DNA of 52,576 nucleotides, filler included, from Perkinsus olseni (GCA_013115125.1; 2 parts of 2 records of this genome joined end to end with filler, not necessarily neighbours in it), one strand, 5' to 3'. Shown: positions 26,175-39,575, counted from the whole stretch's first letter. Numbers and translations: made by a program. The notes: a model not told the origin generated them from the sequence alone.

Positions 26175-26411
26175 CACCATTTCCAGACCTACTTAGTAAA
26201 ACCCCAGAGCAATTTAATAAAGCCCAGAGCAAATTAGTAAAACNNNNNNNNNNNNNNNNNNNNNNNNNNNNNNNNNNNNNNNNNNNNTTAATTAATTAAN
26301 NNNNNNNNNNNNNNNNNNNNNNNNNNNNNNNNNNNNNNNNNNNTTTTACTAATTTGCTCTGGGCTTTATTAAATTGCTCTGGGGTTTTACTAAGTAGGTC
26401 TGGAAATGGTG
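26175..26411. mobile_element. Termini of a TA-TSD (Tc1/mariner/pogo-like) DNA transposon; interior falls in the gap
   Basis: 26171-26242 and 26344-26415 are exact reverse complements. The TIR begins CACCATTTCCAGACCTACTTAGTAAAAC with TA on each outer side. Internal ~20-bp direct repeats TA(G/A)TAAA(AC/G)CCCAGAGCAA(T/A)T. Confidence 0.75.
26244..26343. other. Assembly gap / artificial linker
   Basis: 44 N + TTAATTAATTAA (26288-26299; stop codons in all six frames) + 44 N, exactly 100 nt. Confidence 0.95.
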
Positions 26412-27490
26412 TAGATCCCCAGTAGTAGTGCTAAGTCAGAAAATAGCTAAAAGATGGACGGGAGAGTACAAAGCACTCGCCTTATTTGAGCAACATAATT
26501 TCCCCGGAAAATCTTTTCAGCTACGGACCAGAAATAGCCTCGCAAGATCAGAGCGCACGCCCCGGAAATGAACCGCTCAGAGCGGCTATTCTCGTTTCTG
26601 AGGCTAACGCGCGTTCCCCGGCGCTCTCCGTCGGACCATGGCCCCCTGGGGCCGTCCACATCCCTCCTACGGTTGAATCGAGGGTTGAGTTATCAATGAT
26701 CAGGGCCCAAGAGTCAGTAAATCATTTCACGACGACTTGACGAGAAACCTGCTGATTGAGTTGCTGTCTGACAGCTCATATAACAACTTTTGATGAGCCC
26801 TCAGCAGCAGCTTTGATAACGATGCCACGTCCTCACGAGCGACTACTCCGAACGAGCGATTGCGATGCTGCTGCCAAATCACCGAGGAGGCGCCCCAACG
26901 AGAGGTTTATTGAGAATCAAACTCATGATGGTCAGGTTGAAATGATGAATTGAGGCTGTGCCAGAGCATTCTTGGTAGATCATTTCGATGGACGAAGTGC
27001 AGAAGTGCATGCAGACTCATGACCGAGGGATACATCATTTCCCGCTCGATGTCATTCAATCAGCTGTCTGATTTCATCTTCTTCGGAGAAGCTTCTGAGG
27101 CCTCTCCCGATCCAACTAATGTTCTCTTAGTCGGCTTGGACGGCAAAGGCAACCTGAATGGGCTCCGACGTCAAAGGGAAATGCCGGGAGCTCAGAGGGA
27201 GAACTGGATCTCAACCAACCGGATCAGAGTGTAGGAGGCTACCCCCGATAAGTCGACAGTTATTTCGGAGTCGGCTTCGTCGAACACCCCTATGTGACCT
27301 TTTTCGGCCCCATATCGCAGTAGGTCAACTTTCCCGATTCGCGGCGGGCCTCAGAAGAGAAAGATGAAAGATATTCACTCGGCGCGAAATAGAGGTGAAA
27401 AACAGCGGCGTATCCGTAGGAGCAATGCACAGTGGGACTCCGTGAGCTCACGTCTATATACATGAAAATTAGCAAGAACCTCCCAACTCA

Positions 27491-29390
27491 TCACCCCTGC
27501 TGGTTCGTGAGACTCAGCGGGTCTCTCCCCTCATCCGCGGGCGTTGCTGATAGCCTTAGCACCTACAAGAATGGCACTTCTCGTGGTGACGAGCAAGATC
27601 CCCACCAGAGCTCCATTCTCATCCAGCCACCCAAGGTGCTCGTCTCTCATCTCGCGAACACTCATCAATAGGTTAGGCCCCCAGTTGTCATCTCCGGCGT
27701 CGGTCAGCGGGAGAGTGCCGACCCACCTCTAAGCGACACTGCGTGAGCTTCTTACATACCAGGCATCAAATGGGACCCCAAACTACCCTCGACTTACCAT
27801 CGAGTCTGTCAATCTCTTGTGATTGACGACCGTCAGCTTGAGCTTGAGAGGCCTTTGGGCCTCTGCATCTGAAAAGGAGAGAATAGACAGCAAACGCTTG
27901 CGAGGGGCGATCATATTCCTTCTGAGATGGACGAGTGAGAGAGCCAGGCTGATTTCCACGTCTGAGATATGCCATCTGCGGTGGTCCGGCAATCTCAGAT
28001 GGCAGTACCATCATCAAGCATTCCGACAGTTCATGCATCAGATTCCGACAGTACACACGAGAGAGTAACGAAAGAAAAGGGAAACGTGCCATCATAGGAA
28101 AAGGGATCTCGCAGCGAGATTCTCGCTGTCCAGGAGCCGCGTCCCCTTCAGAGATTACCCTTTCTGGCCAGCAAATGTACGTATACAGCCAGCGCTTCCC
28201 GGCCATGAGGATGGCCGAGATGACCAGCTGGATATGCAGCCACCTGAGGATGACTCATAGCATCGTAGCCGAGCAGAGCACAGTCGAACTGAAGTCAACA
28301 GCGCTGGTGACGACGAGCCAGAGTTAGCCCGCCCGAATCGTCTGCTTCTCCCGCGCGAGGCTCCCATCCTGTTTCGCTTGTTGATGCGGGGCTACTGGTG
28401 GGCACGAAAAGATGAGTAACTCACCTGTATGCGGTGATTGTTCATCCACATCGGTCTGAGTCTGATAACTTCGCCTTTCTCAAAGTCCGACACACCCTCA
28501 ATCTTGACTTCTTCGCAACCACCAGTGCCGACGACGAGACGTTGAGTAGGAGTCAGAGTAAACCTGCGATTCTCTTCCACGAACTTCTGGTCCATCAGGT
28601 ACACGCGTGCTCGTATGACCTACAGCGTCTCCATCAGGGAGAGCGAGCACGGAGGAATCACTAACAAATACTTGAACAATTTGACCGCGGGGTAAAAAAT
28701 ATATTCGTAAGTGTCGATGAACTGCTATTTGAAATAAGATGAGAGGCTTATCATGAGACCTACTATATTTCCGCTCCCATCGACGAAATCTTCTCGATCT
28801 GATTTCCTCACTCCCCCGAGTAAATTCCTCCATCCCGAATCCTGGTTCTTCCCGAAGCTCTTAAGATCAAACCAAGTCTGGAGGATTGGATGCAAAGAGG
28901 GGGCCCAAGCGGAGCGCTCACGATAGTCTTCTGCTCATCGCGTTGATTAATCACGCTTATCTCGAAAGCAACGTGAGGGAAAACCTCCCCGTCACTCACT
29001 CCTGACATCAGAATGGACCACAATAATACCGCCGAGAACAGGGGCTAGACTATACCGTCGGTAGAGATCCGCTCCAGAAAGACATCCAAGCCCTTCTTCT
29101 CTATCCCTTGCGGGTAGATCGTAAGCTGAGAGAGCGGCAGTGAAGCCCACGGATTGCGACAAAAAACGTTTCGAAATAGAGCAGTCGCTGCTCACCCGAT
29201 GATGAAAGGACCCGCAGCGCTTCGTTGGCGAGCGAATGCACTCCCCGACTTTGTACTTCGCGTCATTCACCCGGAATATGAGCTCAGAGAACCCCGCATC
29301 TCCGCTTGCTGAGACGAGAGAAAATACTGACTCTACGAATTTCGCAGTGCTGAATGACCGAACGAGCACTGTCCCATATAGCGTAGTCAT
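27491..29390 (-). CDS. Double MATH (TRAF-like) domain protein, array copy A
   Basis: Spliced reading: SELIFRVNDAKYKVGECIRSP..|LTIYPQGIEKKGLDVFLE..VAFEISVINQ..GWRNLL..|VIRARV..EVKIEGVSDFEKGEVIRLRP..|VAAYPAGH..LAVYVH..LKLTVVNH..DNWGPNLL..GWLDENGAL|VLRLSATPADEGRDPLSLTNQQG*. The YP-G, LxVYL, WG and GWL-D-L elements are typical of MATH domains. Confidence 0.78.
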
Positions 29391-31093
29391 CGGCGGGGAT
29401 TCGGAACCTCTCTATTGCAGTCCGGTCGAAGAAGACTGTCCACAGCTGGCCTGATCCAAGTTTGAATATTGGAGCGAGCCCGGCCTAAGTACATTGAAAA
29501 TTTGTAAAGTTTTCGCCTTGTGTGAGTTTCGCAGACCAGCTCTCACGTCGCATCGACAAAAGTAGATTTTTGATTTTCTTTCCTGCGGCCACACATCAAT
29601 TCCCGCACTGATCTCGCGCTCATCACTGATCCCGCACCGTTGAGTTGCCGCGTCTTATGTATAGGGCTGAAGCAGTCAAATTCTCGGGAAATCGAAAGTT
29701 CGTTCCGAGAAGGCGATTCATTCACCACACGACAGCTTAGGTCATTCTGAGTTCACCAGTGCCCTTCGCGGCCGCTGAATCGTCTGGACTGAGAAGAAAA
29801 CCTTACAAATGTGCAGCAGTGATTCGAAACACCACAGCACGATGCATAAGCAAAGTTGAAATCGACTCAAAACCTCGCTTATGTTATCGCTGAGGACGCA
29901 AAAGCCATCCATCCTTCCACGACAATGCACCACCGACGCATGCTAGTGAAGCAAAAACGATGGAGGTGATGAAGACTTTTCGGGATTACCAAATCGAGCA
30001 CACCCTTACTCGCAATGACTCCTCTGGCGGCCATCTCTCGCTGACTGGATGGGGCCATGAGAATCAGAAAGTACTTCTATAGGAGCTGCTGACTACAAAG
30101 CGCAAGTTAAACATTTTTAGCGAGAATGTTGTAGCAGACGATCAACACAACAATCAGCTGATCAGATTGAAATCCCCTTCAGCACCTTTCTCGTCGGCAT
30201 GGTCGGTTATCGCCATCATACGGAGAGTAACGGCGGGGCAAAGATCGACCTAGGGAGTGGTCAAGAGAGCATGGGCCGTGATTGAGCTCATCCGTCGTCC
30301 GTCCTGCTCAGAGATGATATCTGCGTGTCGGTTGAGGCTCATCAACGAATGAAAAGATCAAGGAGGTTCCCTTTCAGGATCCTCCACGTTCAACAACGGC
30401 GCCACGAGGCCTCAGACGACTGGTCTTTCACATCACAATGGGCCGACTCCAGCTAGCTGCAGAAAACAATGCAACATGGAAAGACAAAATCAACCACTGC
30501 ATTTAATTGGGAGTAAAGGGTGGAAAAGTAAAAACACAGTATTCCTGGGAAATCACGAAGATCAGGAGCGTGCGCATAAAACATTTCACCGGAAACTGCA
30601 CTTGTCCGAAAGAATGATAGAGAAGTTTATTTAACGGCTGAGGCGCGCTAGTCAGGCAGCTATGATAACGGTGATCTCGGCCCGACAGGGGTGAGAATTG
30701 GCCTCTCTGGTACGACTTGGAATCTCTGTCGAATTGACTACATACGCTGACTCGTCGTGAGATACTCAGGCACCCCACAGGTCGCGAGCACATCAAACCA
30801 CCATAATCTCACTTACCGCGACGTACACCTATTGGGTGATATCCCCTCTTCATCTAGAGGCTCATTGTTTAACTCAACCCAGTACACGCGAAACGGTGGA
30901 GGCTCCTCTCTTCCTCAACAGCAGAAGCAATGAGTTGTACAGTCCTCTCAATTCGGTTTACGGAGCATTCAAGAACAGAGCTTAGTCCGGCTCCAGTCGA
31001 GGTGTAATATTATATTAAAAATCGTAAATCATGAAAGGGCATAAGCTATCGATGCAGATGATGACGATGCCATCGTATGACACTGAGTCTCCC

Positions 31094-32482
31094 CTAGGAC
31101 CCGCGGAGCCTGAGAACGAGTTGGAGTGTTGAGTTTCCCTCGATACCATAGTCGACTATCAAGCGGCCATCCATAAGTTGCTGGCCGGCGTAAATAAGCC
31201 TTTGAGTATCTGGAGGATGCAAAAGGCCGTCTTCAATTCTCGCCTTAACATCCTCGACCTTGTAATGATTGTAGCAGCGAATTGCCAGTGTGCGTCCATG
31301 GAGGTCTTGGATCGTGATAGGGAAGGGGGATCCGCGAACACAGCCATCCACAGCGAGCTCGGCTCCACGACGAACCGCCGACAAGGCCTCATCCGATAGG
31401 CGCTCGCTATCACCCAGTTGGCGCCCGTTGAAAGATACTCGCGAAGTCCTATCATAACCTACCCTCCACAAGGCCCTTCGGATTCCCTGCACGCTGATGC
31501 ACGGAGAAACGGCTAGCTGGACCACATTGTTCGCCGAGTCCCTCACCCTCACTGCCGACGACCGCTTTAGACTCAGCACTACCGAGCACGAACGTTCATT
31601 CACGTAGGCCGAGAGAAGCCCATCCTCCAGCTCCCGGCCATTGAGTACGAGCCGTTGATGATCAGGAGGGAAGCCCGTCTCTCGTTCCACCATTTCCTTA
31701 ACCCGCGCCACCGTGTAGGAGGAGAGAGCATAGATGGAGGCGAACCCGCCGTCAAGAGTATCCGCCCTCACGTAAAGCCTCCCTACAGCTTCGACCCTCA
31801 GACGTACGAAGCCCTCCGCCTCGATACCCAACTCGCTGGCAGTGGTTGTAGCATGTTGTGCACCACCATCATCACTGGATATACTCTGTTGTGTGAGCGG
31901 GATGCCCCAACGGTCCCTGATTTCTCGCTGCACCTCGGCAATTGTGGTGGATGGAATAACATCGATCTCAATGGGACGATCCCCATACGTCAAGAGTCCG
32001 ACCTCGATGGTGGCAACGGTAATGAGACGGACGATGACATGTCGAGTGAGTTGTCTACTCAAGTACTCGGCAACAGCACGATAATCTTGCTTGATGCTGC
32101 CGGGCACCACCAGCCTCTGATCATCCGCCGATACACCAGTAACCTCCTCGATCTTACCCTTGATAGTTGAAATTGTATCGGGAGCATCAACAGATATCCT
32201 CACAGGGGCACCGGTGAGTCTCCTCACAGAAATGTCGACTTCGCCACATAGCCGAAGGACAAAGTGCAGATCGCGTTGTTGATTGTGGTTCACTTCAGAG
32301 AGGAACTGGTCGTCTTGAACGGGCTGGCCATTGAGGAAGAGCATTTGTTGGCACTCCGCGACACCAATCTTAGCTGATATCCTAGTCTTGAGCTCCCTCA
32401 CCAGTTGGGACGTCTCGGTGTCTACTATCACTGCTGGATTATACCCATCAGCCTCGGAGGGGAAGAAGAAGAAGGTGGGCAT
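31094..32482 (-). CDS. Intronless polyprotein of six divergent ubiquitin-like domains
   Basis: Six ~76-aa beta-grasp-like units, e.g. [55 protein letters not shown] and [54 protein letters not shown]. The first in-frame ATG is at 32482. Confidence 0.9.
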   Translation of the reverse strand: MPTFFFFPSEADGYNPAVIVDTETSQLVRELKTRISAKIGVAECQQMLFLNGQPVQDDQFLSEVNHNQQRDLHFVLRLCGEVDISVRRLTGAPVRISVDAPDTISTIKGKIEEVTGVSADDQRLVVPGSIKQDYRAVAEYLSRQLTRHVIVRLITVATIEVGLLTYGDRPIEIDVIPSTTIAEVQREIRDRWGIPLTQQSISSDDGGAQHATTTASELGIEAEGFVRLRVEAVGRLYVRADTLDGGFASIYALSSYTVARVKEMVERETGFPPDHQRLVLNGRELEDGLLSAYVNERSCSVVLSLKRSSAVRVRDSANNVVQLAVSPCISVQGIRRALWRVGYDRTSRVSFNGRQLGDSERLSDEALSAVRRGAELAVDGCVRGSPFPITIQDLHGRTLAIRCYNHYKVEDVKARIEDGLLHPPDTQRLIYAGQQLMDGRLIVDYGIEGNSTLQLVLRLRGS

Positions 32483-34074
32483 GAATAGTCGAAGACCTGC
32501 TATCCCACGCGGGCAACTACCGTGTAACCACAACTTGAGATCCGACAATACGAAATAGCGGATCCATCAGTTGCGGCAGTACTACGCTATGCTCTAGGAA
32601 TGCGCCGAGGGAAGGAACAGGATTTTCGCTATGGCAAGCTTTTCTTGGCAAGTTGAGAAGAATTGCAGGCAACAGACCATCGATACAGTCATCATTACTC
32701 ATAAGTCACTAACGCAGTCCGAAATATGTCCTGTGTAATGAAGCCAGACTCCGCCAGTGTATGCGTGCATTTGCTAGACTGGCACGCATGCGCATAAGTA
32801 GCGGCTGTATCCGTGAATCTCGTCCGGCAAGTCCAAAGGTAAACTCGTGGTAGCCCACAGTGCACTACTCCCAGCGGAGCTAACTGGCACTGAGTATCAT
32901 CTGTCATATTGCATGACCCAACACCAGCAGACCTGGTAAGTGATCCCTATTACCAAGAAGAACGACAAGTAATCTGCTGAGTGATCTCAACATCATGCGA
33001 ACCACCCATCAGGGCACCCAGGATCTTTCAACACGAATTCGCAACTAACGCTGGTCTTCTTATACCATCACAACGGTTGGTGTATGAAGCTCCCAAGAAC
33101 TGAGCACATCGGTGAAACTATAAGTGAGCTGGTAACCAACAGCGCGCATCTGTCCGCATGGAGATAACGAGGTGATCCTGACGGGCCTCGGGGATGATAA
33201 AACGCTCATTTTTCATTCACCCGTGCCTTTCTAATCAAGCTGAACAACTTCTCTTTCTTAACCTACGATGTGCAACGTACAATCTCGCCATGTTTATCTG
33301 TTAACGACCCGTACCATCATGCTTTTTCGTGTTCAAATCGGCCTCAATACCAAATCCAGCTCTCCCGCTCGAAAAATGTCGACCAGTAGCATGCCGAACA
33401 GCAAGTTTAACGTTTGACTTGGCAGGCCTGGGCCGTGAATTCCGGAACTTCGGTGCAGGGACCGTGATGACTCTGGAAGTCTCCTTCGAGAACTTCGGAG
33501 CCTCCGTATAACGAGTATTGCACCATACCGAGTACCAATGCGATCTTACACTCTCATCTAATACACTCTTCAATTCAGCCCATGACAGGTAAAAAGCCTC
33601 CCAGTCGCCAGCCTCCGGCCCAGAAAATTCCCCGTAGACCCGTAGGGGGCAAGCCACTTCGAAAAACATATATCCTGAGAATTCTAAGTTAAATCAAGGA
33701 ACGAGATTCTCATTGAAACAGTACTACCGAAATGCCAGAACGATTGGTAATCGGTAGTCGTGGTAGGTTGTGATGAAAATGGGCGGAGCGAAGGAGTGTA
33801 TGGGAAATGATGGTCCAGTCCCGGAGCGTATATCATCCAACAATCGAGATTCAGTTATCTGATTTAACCTTCTTGCTGTGACCTCGGGGAGAGTCTCCGG
33901 AATCTGGTATCTTCCTCTTAGTCGACCTGAGGGACACGATAGATCCGAGCCTAGACGCTGTGTTCATGGATTTCCTGAGAATGCGACCGAATGGAGCACC
34001 GACGATGCTCCTTCATTTCGCACGCGATTCCATACGGAGCCGCGTTAGAACTTAAACGCCCCGCTCGAATATAC

Positions 34075-36014
34075 CGTTTTTGTGTCTTCACGAAGCTCAG
34101 CGGGTCTCTACCCTCATCCGTAGCCTTCGCTGATATTCTCAGTATCTACTAGGATACTCACTAGCAAGGAGGGCGAGGCAGACCTGGCCGTGATCCCTAC
34201 CAAAGTTCCTTTCTCATCCAACCACCCCATCCCATTATTTCTCAGGTCTTCGATATTCAACAGTCGGTGGGGCCCCCAGCTGTCATCTCCTTCGTCACCG
34301 AACTCGACAGCGCCAGACCAGCTCTGATCAAATAAGAATGGGGCGCGAGAAGCCAGTGAAGTGCCCCAGAAGCAGGCCCACTCACGAAAAGCAATGCATA
34401 GCGAGGCGTAGAAACATCGAAAACAACTCAATCAATGTGATGGGTGCACTCAGCTAGAGGTTCTCAGCGAAACTAACTGACGGAGATTTGTCTATCCATC
34501 GCTCGGCGAGCGACGCTCGCAAAGTCTAGCCTGCACAAGGAGTCAGTCCCAACTCACAACAGAGTCCACAAATCTTCTGTGATTCACTACAGTGATCTTG
34601 AACTTGAGTGACTCATTTGGCACTACATCGCCTGATAAAGAAGGGAAGCGAGGCACATGGTCGAAGACTGATATAGATAAGTCATGCCGACGAGAACGAT
34701 ACATTACAAGCGCTAGTCGAACGAGCACTTTCCGCACTTCAAAAGCCAGCTTTACTCAAACGAGGATTTCTATCGAACCACTTGAATGCTTCGTGCACGC
34801 AAGTGCCGTCGAATTAATGGAGAGGTGAACTAGGCGATTCCACTGTCTATCACAGGCATGGAGGACAGTCTTTCATTTCCATACTGCAACAAGCACACTC
34901 GTTGCCATTCGAGCCTAGTAGGTGTACATATACAGCGAGCCCCTCTTGGCCACGAGGATGGTCGGGGTGGCCTCCCGGATACGCCGCGACCTGAAACCGA
35001 AGCATAGCTTCATGAGGTGAGATGAGAATCCCGAGAGTTAACGACGCGACAGGATCATAGATGGCGTTGAAGAGTGACGAAAGAGGCTATCGAAAGAAGG
35101 AGCATTCTCGCCCCTACCTCTCGAGCCACTCCGCTAGGGGGGCTCGGGATTGCGAAGCCGCCACGAGAAGAACGACGATGAGGAGCCCACCTGTATGCGA
35201 TGGTTGTTCATCCATACTGGCTTTGGCCGGACGACCTCGCCTTTTTGAAAATCGGCTACATCTTCAATCTTAATCTCTCGCTCCTCACTACCGGCAGCGA
35301 CATGTTGCGCCGGAGAGGACGCCAGCTTTAAAATCTCTACCAACTCCTCTGGATCTATTGAGTACACGCGTGCTCGTATGACCTACGCACAAGGTGCCCT
35401 CGCTGCTGGACTTCATCCGAGCATCATATGCCTCAGAGTGACTCGAAACTCTAGCGAAATTCGCCTTACTATTTCCTCCTTCATGTTCTTATAATCCTTC
35501 CGCTCTGATGACTGAAGACCTCTGAAAATGTCCCTCCACCCGGAGTCCTCATTCTTGCCGAAGCACTTTACATCCACACGAGTCTAAGAAATTAACTATA
35601 CCGAGAAGACAGCTCGTGGTTAGCGCCTACGATAGTGCTCTCCGCATCCCGATGATTCACCACACTTATATCGAAGGCGACGCACGGATAAGCTTGGCCG
35701 GCAATTCCTGATGAGTATGGGAGGCAGGGCGATACGACAGACCGCTACCATCTGGAGAGACTCGCTCGAGGAAGACATCCAATCCTTCTTTCTCCCTCCC
35801 TTTGGGAAAGACCAGAAGCTGAGGGAATACCGAAAAATGTGTGTCTCCTAGAAGCACTACCATCGACGCTCACCCGATGATGGAAGGACCCACACTGCTT
35901 CGTTGAGGAGCGAACAAACTCTCCGACTCTGTACTTAGCGTCATCCACTCGGAATATAAGCTCAGAGGCTTCTAAGGTTCGACTCGCTGGGGAAGAAAAC
36001 GATGCCCTATTCAT
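34075..36014 (-). CDS. Double MATH domain protein, array copy B
   Basis: SELIFRVDDAKYRVGEFVRS, LLVFPKGREKEGLDVFLE, EIKIEDVADFQKGEVVRPKPVWMNNHRIQ, VAAYPGGHPDHPRGQEGLAVYVH, LKFKITVVNH, DDSWGPHRLLNIEDLRNNGMGWLDEKGTL and ILRISAKATDEGRDPLSF. The stop position is uncertain. Confidence 0.75.
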
Positions 36015-38039
36015 AACGATCTCGACGCAGTTAGCGATTATGATGGAAGAGAAAAGTCGAGAGCGTTATCCGGCGCCTCCAGCACCCCCGACCCATGCAG
36101 GAGTTACGGTCAGTCGTGAGACCTCTCATTTGAAGGCTTCAACTGATTCTCATCGCGCCCGCTGCTGAGTGAATGGACAAATCGCTAGCACGTACAAGCA
36201 TATTCAACCGTACATGGGTAAGCTAGGATAGAGGGATCGACGAGGTTTGCGACGGTTTTCGAGCCTGAGATCAATCCCAACCTGCATTGTTGAGTGCCAA
36301 GACTTCTCTGCAGGCCGCCATTTGTTGATAGGTGACCCCTGAGCGGGTCGGTGGTACGGCCATGCGGATACCGAAGAGTACAGGCGCGAACTGCAGAGCG
36401 CTAGTGCTCCTCATTTTTCCTATACAGCAAGCGGACAAGGCAGAGGCGAAGAAGGAACGCAAAATCGTGGATTGGAAATCTCCAAGTTTGCTAGCACTGA
36501 GTCGACGCTACGCTCCGCCATTCATCTTAATATATCAAGGTTGACAGACTGCTGGAGAAAGAAGGAGTGCAAGTGCAGAGAAAACCAACCACGACTTCAA
36601 TCAGTCCGCAAACAGGAGAATCTTGGCAGGTTCCTGGCCGGGGGATGCCAGCTCGTAAGGGGGCTCTTTCCTTCCTAGTCAGATGCCTAGCTCTTAGGCG
36701 TTGCTACTACGTTAGGGACCTGCTCCGCAAAGGACCAGCCATGCTCTTCGGCGATCTTTGACCAATCTCACTGCATGCTCGGACGCGTTCCTCAGATTGG
36801 AGTGAAATGGCCCTCGGGGAGATCCGTTGCCGGCTCACTCCGCGCGGTGCGCGTCACGAGTCGTAGCAGACGCACCTAAGTTTTCTCATTCGCATGGGCA
36901 GGGTTCAACGAGGGTCTTTGAGTGACTTCATGTCGATGACTTTCAAAAGGCGCAAGGAAAGTCTTAGTGTCATGACGGAGTCAACGCTTATTCATCATCA
37001 ATTTACGAGACCAAATGCATTTGTTGGGAGGTTCACCCAGAGGGCGGTACACCCAAAAGGTCAGCGATGGAAGGAATCCAAGTGAGAGACGGCTGCATGA
37101 AGGCCAGCATGCATCCAAGGCCAGTGATTCTGTCAGTATGGACGATCAACGAGCCCTAGGACGCTTTCCAACTGGAAGATAAAAATTCACCTGCATTGTT
37201 GGATGCATGCGACCACTTCTTGCCTGTGATTGACCGAGCGAACCCGAACCGGATACTGCGGCCATGGGAACAGAACGAAGCTGAGAGCTGGACAGGCGTA
37301 CGTTCTAGAATTCCCTTGAGTTGAGTACCGCAGAGCCCTGATCTGAGATAAGCGCAAATCTGCGAAGTTTGCAAACGATTGAACTCTGTCGCCCAGACAT
37401 CATCATGACATGATTGGGGGGAGTCCAAAGGGTCATTACGCAGGACTGTAACTGGCCATCCGCTTTCAGAATTTTGCGTAGAACCTTTACCTTTCTCTGA
37501 GATGTCGAATTTCAGAATTCGGGACATTCTCCCCAGACCTGGAGTTGGTGAGGATAATGTAAGATATACACATAGCGCTGGGCCTCGATCCTGGCGATAA
37601 ACAAGATCAGCCGGGCGGAGCGGTTGTCGAATTCCAGAACGAGATCCAGACGCTGTACTCTGCCCACTCTCATTTTATAACAATGTTAAAGATGGGTTTA
37701 TTGTGCCCTGACGACTTTCGAAAGACCTCGAAAGCTGATGGGAACCCTCATACCCTGGAGTTTGCGAGACTCCCAGAAGGGGGCCCCGCAGGAGCTCCAT
37801 CTTCCCCAACCATTTCGTATCCTCATCCGCTTGGCCATCCATGTCGGGAGCCGATTTGATCCCTTGCAGCGACCTACAACGCCATCAAGCTGGGAGGCTC
37901 CGACCCAGCTCTGAGAATCACCGCCTCCACTAACATGAACGCGTGTATAACGACGTGCTAAGTACGAACGGACGCAGCCGCACGGACGAAGTGCACCAGC
38001 TCAGGATGGAGCTGAGCCCATTCAGGGATGTCGACTCTT

Positions 38040-38720
38040 GACGAGAAGAGCTGCCAATCCTGCAGTAAGAGCGGATCACTGGAGGGTGCTGAGCTCCCAC
38101 CTGTCCATTGCCTGGGATGCGCAGGTCAACGAACGCCATTCGCAGGCTAATCCGTGAGACTGAAGAGAGCCGAGACATCTACGATTGGTCGAAGAATCCA
38201 AGCCTCGAGCAACTGCTAGAAGTCGAAGGTGGGTACAGGTGAATCAGTACTAGCGAATCACTACGGAAAAGCGGCGTGTTTATCCTATACAGGGCTCCAA
38301 TCGACATCACATAGGTGGTAATCGAGTTGAAGGCGATTACGACAGAGTCTGTGGGTCCTTTGTGATTCATCACCGTGATAATGTTCAACCGCCTTCAAGA
38401 GGCGGAGAGGAGCAACGCATAGCAAGAGAAATTTCATAGCCTATTAGTGATGACATTTATCAGAGTAGCAGGGGTTGGACAATTACGACGATAATCTTCC
38501 GAGATTCCCCTTCTTCCCCAGTATATCGCCGACAATGAGGCCACCAGGCGGATGCAGAACAACGAAAACGAGGACGATTACGTAAAGAAACGACTCGCTC
38601 CCATAGCATGGGGATTCTCCACCGCCTCGCCGCTATCTCGGTGGTTCGCGAGGCTCATTTCAGAGATAACGTTCCCGTAGGTGAGTTGTGTGCCCAGCGC
38701 TGAGATTAAAGGCAGCAATA
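38040..38720 (-). pseudogene. Highly degenerate MATH-family relic, copy C
   Basis: Fragments QLTYGNVISEMSLANHRDSGE (cf. copy D QVTYENVVSQITLVNHRND) and LNIITVMNHKGPTDSVVI (cf. LTVVNHKRLTDSMV). Intervening exons are not recognisable. Confidence 0.5.
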
Positions 38721-39575
38721 GGTGAATGACCCATGAACTAGTTGAAAAGACCCGTATCATCATCCACGGGTATCCTCAGAAGGTGAGCGCTGAAGCTACC
38801 ATCAACCTGGTTCATTGCCAGGATCTGCAGCTGAAAGCGAAGCACAATGCTCGCCACATCACACAGGTCAAGCATGAAAGAGAAAAAGCAGCCTCTTGTC
38901 TCGACGAAGCTCATTCGGGTGATAGAAAGAAGAGTGACGAAATAACAGAACAACATAGCTGTCCTTCGCAGCCGAAGCATACAACCTGTCGAGACCCAAT
39001 TGAGAAAAGCATCCAGAACCCCTCTCGCATATCCGAGATATCTCGGAGCGGTAGGCTCGATGCGGCTTGAAGCGTGTTGTGTAGCAGACTTGGTGTCATG
39101 AGGCGAACTCCGCACCCTTCCTCTCGGAAGAAGAGACAACTCAGAACTTGGAGTAAATGCATGAAACTCCTTGATATGAGACAGGGAAGGCTTTGAATCC
39201 AAGTTCAGTACTCGTACGTAATGAGGCGCGATTCACGTCGGAAATAACGAGAAGAAATAAGTGAGAGAGTCGATGGAGAGAGGCTTCCATCGCTGTGTAA
39301 TTAGTTTTCGGATCTAGCATTCTTGGCTAGCCCTTGCAAGGGTCTTCCAGGATCGGAAGCTCTCCTCTTCTTGGCAGACCTGCACACGGCATGACATGTA
39401 TAACCCACACGATAGCCCTGAGAACTACAATCACTCAACTTTAAGGTTGAGATTCGGGTGTGACATTACAAAGCACCCTATTTCGCTCATTGGCTGGCAA
39501 GCATATTAGTTTTGTCTCTTCCGCAGTGCAGATTTCATATAGCGTGGGGCAGCCAGGATCCGCTTGGTATGGTTC

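Noticed and set aside
26288-26299. TTAATTAATTAA palindrome as a biological site
   Set aside because: It is centred in a symmetric 44+44 N run totalling 100 nt, i.e. an artificial six-frame-stop linker.
31094-32548. Canonical polyubiquitin gene
   Set aside because: Repeats are highly divergent from ubiquitin and from each other, and there are no GG processing sites.
33301-33669. 122-aa ORF as a retrotransposon gag fragment
   Set aside because: No zinc knuckle, protease, RT or LTR recognised nearby, so it is unsupported.
36100-37900. Assorted 60-120 aa ORFs between MATH copies B and C (likewise 29400-31000 and 50600-52100)
   Set aside because: No recognisable motifs or consistent splice structure. 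ORFs of this size are expected by chance at about 50% GC with alternative starts.
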